From: Verrucomicrobiia bacterium
Lineage (GTDB): Bacteria; Verrucomicrobiota; Verrucomicrobiia; Limisphaerales; UBA1319
Length of the DNA: 64,000 bases
Assembly: GCA_963664225.1 (NCBI GenBank)
Contig: OY760937.1
Location: 4,928,001-4,992,000, forward strand
Direction: 5' to 3'
How positions within the stretch are numbered: the first letter of the stretch is position 1; each line of letters opens with the position of its first letter. Below the pieces are notes generated by a model. It was not told the DNA's origin and made no database searches. It saw only the letters and a program-made list of their open reading frames with translations. The translations under genes and the position numbers were made by a program. Below, one piece after another: positions 59,165-64,000 of this stretch.

Positions 59165-61405
59165 TCAATTCACTGACATTGGAACGGTAGGGGTGCTTTC
59201 GCCAGGCCTAGGTCCCATCATCATTTTGAAATGCGCAATTTGCCCTGTTTTCTGAAAAATCATTTTAAAAACCTCAAGATAAGTTTCCACCATGCCATCA
59301 TCAATCGAAACAAAGAGATCATCGAAAGCGAAGTGCGAACCAGCATTTACCCAAGAAAACAGAGACCTACAAATCAATTTCTCATTACCCTCAAAATTCT
59401 CGCATATTTCATCCGTGTTTATGTTGCCAATGATCTTAAAATAATTCTCCAATATTCTCCTCAAAGTGTTCTGAATCGTAAGATTTGATCTATTAGGATT
59501 TCGTATTTCTGCCCACAAAAGATCATATGATGTTTTAATGGGATTAGACGGGTGCCGTTCCACCGTTGAATAGTTACTGGATTTTTTTACAATCCAAAAC
59601 GTCACTTCCTTCATCGAAAATTCACGCAAATCTGGATTAAATGTGACCTCTTTGTGGAAAAAGACATTATGTGTCAAAATAAACACCTGTTTGATGTGCC
59701 CAATGCCGTTCCGAACTTCATTAAAAAGCCCCTTGATCAAGCTGCTGACGATAAATAAAACATCGCTGTCGAGACTGGACACCGGGTCGTCAAAAACAAC
59801 AACGCGGTCCGTTGTCATGCCGGTCTCGGTTTCACTCCCTTTCAGCAGGTGGAAGAAGTAAAGGAATGTAATAAACGACTTTTCTCCTTCGCTAAGTGTT
59901 TCTTTCGCAGCACTTCCGTCTTCACGCACAATTTTATAGTGGCTTGGTTTCCCCGATTTTGCCAATGAGAATCCACGGAAGCCGAATGATATTAGCAGCA
60001 TGTTAATTGCGTCAATCGTAGGCTGGATGCTTGTCGTGTTTTTCTCAAGCGCACGAATTTCGGAAATTTTGTTCAGTCTATCCTTATTTGCCTGGTTTAA
60101 CTTCGCAGTCAAAGCCTCGATTGCCTTTTTGGTGGCATCTCTTTTGGAAGAGTACGCTGCAAGTTGGCCTTTGATTTCATTTTCCAGCAGATACTTCCAT
60201 ACTTCGTTTGTTAAATCGCGCCGTTCACGGGCCAGATTTGAAACCATTATGTTGTGCTTGTTGATCGCTTCGTTTGCGGTGGTAACAGAGATCTTTGCTG
60301 CCTCAAGAACAGTGTACAGCGATTCCAGCTCAATACTTAGACTTGCCTCACGTTGCTTCTTTTCGATTAGCTGGATGTTCATGCGGATTTTAGAATCCAG
60401 AAGTTCTTTCTCAGACTTTAGTTTTATGACATCAATGAATTTTGACGGTTCGTCTAGTATAAACTGAATGCTTTGCTTCAAGCGTTGACTCTCAGTCTTG
60501 TAATCAGTCAATAATTGCGTGATAGCGTTGGTGTCCCTTTCAAACTGCTCATCAAAATATTCATCTAAACTCTTGGAAAGTGATTTCGGTGTAGGTTGCT
60601 GGCAAAACGGGCAAAATCCATCATTGCCAGCATAAAATGCTCGCCCCTCCTTTACCCAGTCGCTGTTGCTGAGTTTTTGAATCATTGCGGCAATATCCAC
60701 ATCCGTTTTGCCGATGACTCTTTTTTTGAGGATTGGATTGGATTCGTAGCTGTGTAATTTATCGAACACTAATTCAGTAATCAGAGGCGCCTTTTCCGGT
60801 GTTTCACCAAAAACGCTTTCCGCCCTTCTTTTCAAGTCTGCAAGTGGTTTCAGAGCGGCAGTGTTAGTTTTTGATTCCTTGAGAATTCGTTCTTTGAAAT
60901 CTTTTTTTCTCGCCCGAACACCGGCAAATGCTCCTTGCATTTCCGTGTCATGCCTTTGCTTTAGTACCCAGCACTGCTCTTCAAATTCGACTTCCAATGT
61001 TTTTAGCTCGCCTTTTTTTCCACCTTCGCCATCTTCACCATCAAGAGTTTCTGTAAACTTCTTGATCTGGTCCACAAAACCATCCAGTTCAGCTTTGGCG
61101 ATCGTAATCTTGTCCAGCGTCGTTTTGTCCTTTTCTCCAAGAGTGAAAATCCCCTTCAAGTCCGGCGATTGACCGAAGTTGCTGTCGATGAAATCACGAT
61201 TGTAAACGAGGGTTTCAAGTTTGATTCCTCCTTGCCATGTCAATTTGCAATTTGCATTACGCGTTTCATCGGCAATAACTCTTGATACAGTGGTTTTTCC
61301 CGTCCCGTTCGCGCCGTAGATGAAATTGAATTTCGATAATTGTACGAAATTCTCTGGTGCGTCTCCAAAACTCGCCGTTTTTTGAATTTGTATGCTCTCA
61401 ATCAT
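59165..61405 (-). CDS. rloC: RloC-like AAA_13 ATPase with zinc hook and C-terminal HEPN domain
   Basis: Walker A YGANGTGKT, CPFC hook, LSEGEK, FDDPVSSLD, LTHN, N.LRRILE...NAGSH; AT-rich relative to its flanks. Confidence 0.8.
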   Translation of the reverse strand: MIESIQIQKTASFGDAPENFVQLSKFNFIYGANGTGKTTVSRVIADETRNANCKLTWQGGIKLETLVYNRDFIDSNFGQSPDLKGIFTLGEKDKTTLDKITIAKAELDGFVDQIKKFTETLDGEDGEGGKKGELKTLEVEFEEQCWVLKQRHDTEMQGAFAGVRARKKDFKERILKESKTNTAALKPLADLKRRAESVFGETPEKAPLITELVFDKLHSYESNPILKKRVIGKTDVDIAAMIQKLSNSDWVKEGRAFYAGNDGFCPFCQQPTPKSLSKSLDEYFDEQFERDTNAITQLLTDYKTESQRLKQSIQFILDEPSKFIDVIKLKSEKELLDSKIRMNIQLIEKKQREASLSIELESLYTVLEAAKISVTTANEAINKHNIMVSNLARERRDLTNEVWKYLLENEIKGQLAAYSSKRDATKKAIEALTAKLNQANKDRLNKISEIRALEKNTTSIQPTIDAINMLLISFGFRGFSLAKSGKPSHYKIVREDGSAAKETLSEGEKSFITFLYFFHLLKGSETETGMTTDRVVVFDDPVSSLDSDVLFIVSSLIKGLFNEVRNGIGHIKQVFILTHNVFFHKEVTFNPDLREFSMKEVTFWIVKKSSNYSTVERHPSNPIKTSYDLLWAEIRNPNRSNLTIQNTLRRILENYFKIIGNINTDEICENFEGNEKLICRSLFSWVNAGSHFAFDDLFVSIDDGMVETYLEVFKMIFQKTGQIAHFKMMMGPRPGESTPTVPMSVN

Positions 61406-61645
61406 CGTTAGAGTTCTCCTGCGAGGCACCTTGGCACAGCAGCATTTGTACTGTTTCAGTCGCCCCTCTGATTGGACTGGCCATGCTCAAAAATGTCCGA
61501 GCAACGTGGCACCGGGTTGCGGTTGTCGTCATGGATTATGGCGGTATAAACATGCAATAAATCGTTAAAGGCAAGATCATTCTGCGAAAATGAATAAATA
61601 TTTTGGGATATGCGGCGGCTGGACTGAGAAGCAAAGGGCGCTGAG

Positions 61646-61738
61646 ATGGAGGAGACGCGCGAGATTGACGATCAGGAATATGCGCTTTACGGTCTGAGGC
61701 CGGATCAGATCGAAAATGTGGAAGGCACGGCCAAATGA
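61646..61738 (+). pseudogene. C-terminal stub of a type IIG (Eco57I/TaqI-C-like) restriction-modification gene
   Basis: Translates EIDDQEYALYGLRPDQIENVEG, resembling the EID.LVY.LYGLT.EEI..VEG tail; stop overlaps the next ATG. Confidence 0.6.
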
Positions 61739-62073
61739 AATTGCCCAATCCAGAAAAGCTGGTGATCGAGCGCGAAAAGATCGTGGATTACCTGCTCAAC
61801 CCTGCGCATCCTGATAACGGTGGCAAGGCGGAGTTTTTCGGGAAGCTGGGTTACACGCGTCAGGAATGGGAGAATTTGGCGGCGGTGCTGTGGAGATTGG
61901 CGCAGTCAACAGCGGTGACCAGCCATGCGGAGTCGCCGCACGGAGGAAAATATGTTATTATTGGGCCAATAGGATCGCTGGCGGGAAAGTCGGCGAAGGT
62001 GAAAACGATTTGGATTGTGGACAAGGGATTGGATGTGGCCAGATTGGTCACGGCTTATCCATGCACGACATGA
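61735..62073 (+). CDS. DUF6883 family protein
   Basis: MKLPN...I...KIVDYLLN..HP..GGKA.FF..LGY and W.......RLVTAYP motifs. Confidence 0.8.
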   Translation: MKLPNPEKLVIEREKIVDYLLNPAHPDNGGKAEFFGKLGYTRQEWENLAAVLWRLAQSTAVTSHAESPHGGKYVIIGPIGSLAGKSAKVKTIWIVDKGLDVARLVTAYPCTT

Positions 62074-62312
62074 GTGGCATTATGATCAAAGAACATGACC
62101 GTGTGGTGTTAAAGTCGGACGTTGCCGCCGAAGGATTGGAAGCGGGCGACGTGGGAACGGTTGTGCATATTTACAGCGATGGCCTCGCCTACGAAGTCGA
62201 GTTCACGACGTTGGAAGGAGATACCGCCGCATTGGTGACGGTGGAGGTCGGACAAGTTCGCCCGGTTCACAAAAGGGAAATCACCCACGCGCGCGAGTTG
62301 CAAGCGGTCTGA
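62070..62312 (+). CDS. DUF4926 family protein
   Basis: IKEHDRVVL..D....GL..GDVGTVVH.Y..G.AYEVEF; ATGA coupling (alternative start 62082). Confidence 0.85.
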   Translation: MSGIMIKEHDRVVLKSDVAAEGLEAGDVGTVVHIYSDGLAYEVEFTTLEGDTAALVTVEVGQVRPVHKREITHARELQAV

Positions 62313-62596
62313 CACAGCGCCTCAAATTGATGGCATAGATCGGGAGGGTTTAAATCATCAAGTGTGCGGGTAAATAAACTGGCACAGCCGTTCCAGCCAA
62401 AGAGCCCCGAAAACCTTCGAATTGGTTTGGTGACTTAGTCCTTGCCAATCGATGGGAGGGGCCTAGTGTCGGCATACAGCATGCAACCGCCAAATCATCC
62501 GACTGGCGAATCATTGCGCAATGGCTCATTTTGCGCGGATGATCATATTGAGCCAGATGTTGCACTGGAATTACTTCCGACCAGGAAGGGGATGTC

Positions 62597-64000
62597 ATGA
62601 AATCCCGGGGCAAGGCTGTGCTTTGGGCGTTATTGCCGCTGTTGCTCCTGACTCCGCCGCTGCTCTGGCAGGGGAAGCGTTTCGAGAGCCAACTTGCCAA
62701 CGAACAGCGGACCCGCACGCAAAGCATGCTGGATCAGTATGCAGTCGGAGTGCAGAAGGCCTTTAATCGCATTGAGGACAAGCTGGCAAGCCTGGAGGTG
62801 TTTGTGGCCGCACAGACCGCCGGAGGCAAGGCCGTGGACGATGGACAATACAACCTGTTCGCCGCGGGACTTCATGCCAGCGCAAATTGGATCAGAAGTT
62901 TTCAGATCGTTTCCAATGGCATTGTCACCCACACCTATCCGCTGATTGGAAACGAAGCGGTGCTTGGTTACAACCTGTTGACGGACCCGCGTTCCGTGAT
63001 CGGAGGCGATGTGTTGCGTGCCAGCGAACAGAGGCAGTTCACCATTACCGGTCCCATAAACTTGCTGCAGGGCGGGTTGGGCCTCATCATCCGCAAACCG
63101 TTGACGCACACCAATGACGGGCACAAGCGGCTGGTGGCGATCGTTTTGAACACGGCCCCATTACTGGCCGAGGCGGGGATCGTGGAGAAGAGCAATAGCG
63201 ATATCGACACCGCGATCCGGCGAAAAGGGGGTGAGGTGTTTTTTGGTTCAGCGGCGGTGTTCGAGCAACATCCCGTCCTGCACTCATTATTACTTCCGGA
63301 TGGCGCGTGGGAGATGGGAGCCCTCCCTTCGAATGGCTGGTCCACGTCCATCAGCGATTCGGGCCGACTTATCTACCTTGCGGGTGCCACCATTATTTTT
63401 CTCATTTGTCTGTTGGTATTCACGCTGGCCCGGCGCGAGGCGGACACGGCGGATACTGTGCGGGAACGAACTCAAGCGCTGCACAAGGAATTGGTTGATC
63501 GCAAGCAGGCGGAGGACCTGATCCGCGCCCTCGACAAGGATTTGAAGCGCCATAATGAGGAACTTGAGAAGCGCGTCGCAGAGCGCACCGCGGAGTTGGA
63601 AGTGGCCAAAGAGCGGGCCGAATCGGCGGACCAGGTCAAATCCGCGTTTCTGGCAACCATGTCGCACGAGTTGCGGACCCCGCTGAATTCGATCATCGGC
63701 TTTACCGGGATCATCCTGCAAGGACTGGCCGGGCCGTTGAATGACGAACAGGCCAGGCAACTGGGCATGGTGCAAAGCAGCGCGCGGCATCTGCTGGCGC
63801 TGATCAATGACGTGCTCGATATCTCGAAGATCGAGGCGAGGGAATTGAAGGTGGCCATTGCGCCGTTCGACCTGCGCGCCACGATCGAGCGATCCGTTGC
63901 CGTTGTCCGCCACTTCGCGGAAACCAAGGGTCTTGCCTTGAGGATGGAGATTTCACCGGAGATCGGCGAACTGGCCAGTGATGCCCGGCGCGTTGAGCAA
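62597..64000 (+). CDS. CHASE-domain sensor histidine kinase, truncated by the window edge
   Basis: Not in the ORF track (no stop); frame from ATG 62597 gives a [13 protein letters not shown]...[14 protein letters not shown] (CHASE) and [22 protein letters not shown]. Confidence 0.88.
   Translation, partial: MKSRGKAVLWALLPLLLLTPPLLWQGKRFESQLANEQRTRTQSMLDQYAVGVQKAFNRIEDKLASLEVFVAAQTAGGKAVDDGQYNLFAAGLHASANWIRSFQIVSNGIVTHTYPLIGNEAVLGYNLLTDPRSVIGGDVLRASEQRQFTITGPINLLQGGLGLIIRKPLTHTNDGHKRLVAIVLNTAPLLAEAGIVEKSNSDIDTAIRRKGGEVFFGSAAVFEQHPVLHSLLLPDGAWEMGALPSNGWSTSISDSGRLIYLAGATIIFLICLLVFTLARREADTADTVRERTQALHKELVDRKQAEDLIRALDKDLKRHNEELEKRVAERTAELEVAKERAESADQVKSAFLATMSHELRTPLNSIIGFTGIILQGLAGPLNDEQARQLGMVQSSARHLLALINDVLDISKIEARELKVAIAPFDLRATIERSVAVVRHFAETKGLALRMEISPEIGELASDARRVEQ

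Noticed and set aside
55714..61405. Functional link between tgt (wobble modification) and RloC (wobble excision)
   Set aside because: They are separated by lpxB and the gnnA-like gene and differ in base composition; the proximity is probably coincidental

Overview
GC-rich bacterial DNA, most likely Verrucomicrobiota subdivision 3 (Pedosphaera/Limisphaera-like). This is an inference from the attC type, an H-X9-DG prepilin, a lamin-tail/CotH protein and a PUR protein. Layout: (1) housekeeping genes cstA (fused to a YbdD-like RCC tail), nadD, rsfS, a PUR protein and DUF4149 (0.3-4.9 kb). (2) An integrase-less, decaying integron-cassette array with about 8 attC-like sites, two duplicated promoter/attI-like leaders and a patch of REP-like repeats (5-10 kb). 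(3) A minus-strand copper/surface cluster: a large FN3 multicopper oxidase plus FKBP (mofAB/OmpB-like), a B-repeat surface protein, a pseudopilin and cusBA (10.3-27.3 kb). (4) A divergent six-gene PAS/GAF two-component cascade, then two secreted CxxCH temptin-like proteins on Ig stalks, an IS remnant and tRNA-CAT (27.7-45.8 kb). (5) CotH/LTD, galE, two FGE-sulfatase-domain paralogs, ndk, tgt, lpxB and a gnnA-like gene. (6) A defence islet with an RloC-like ATPase-HEPN gene, a type IIG R-M stub and a DUF6883/DUF4926 pair, then a CHASE histidine kinase running off the end. The best candidates for an undescribed system are the multicopper oxidase plus heme-temptin stalk island and the dual-leader degenerate cassette array. 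All family assignments come from motif recognition by eye; no searches were run.
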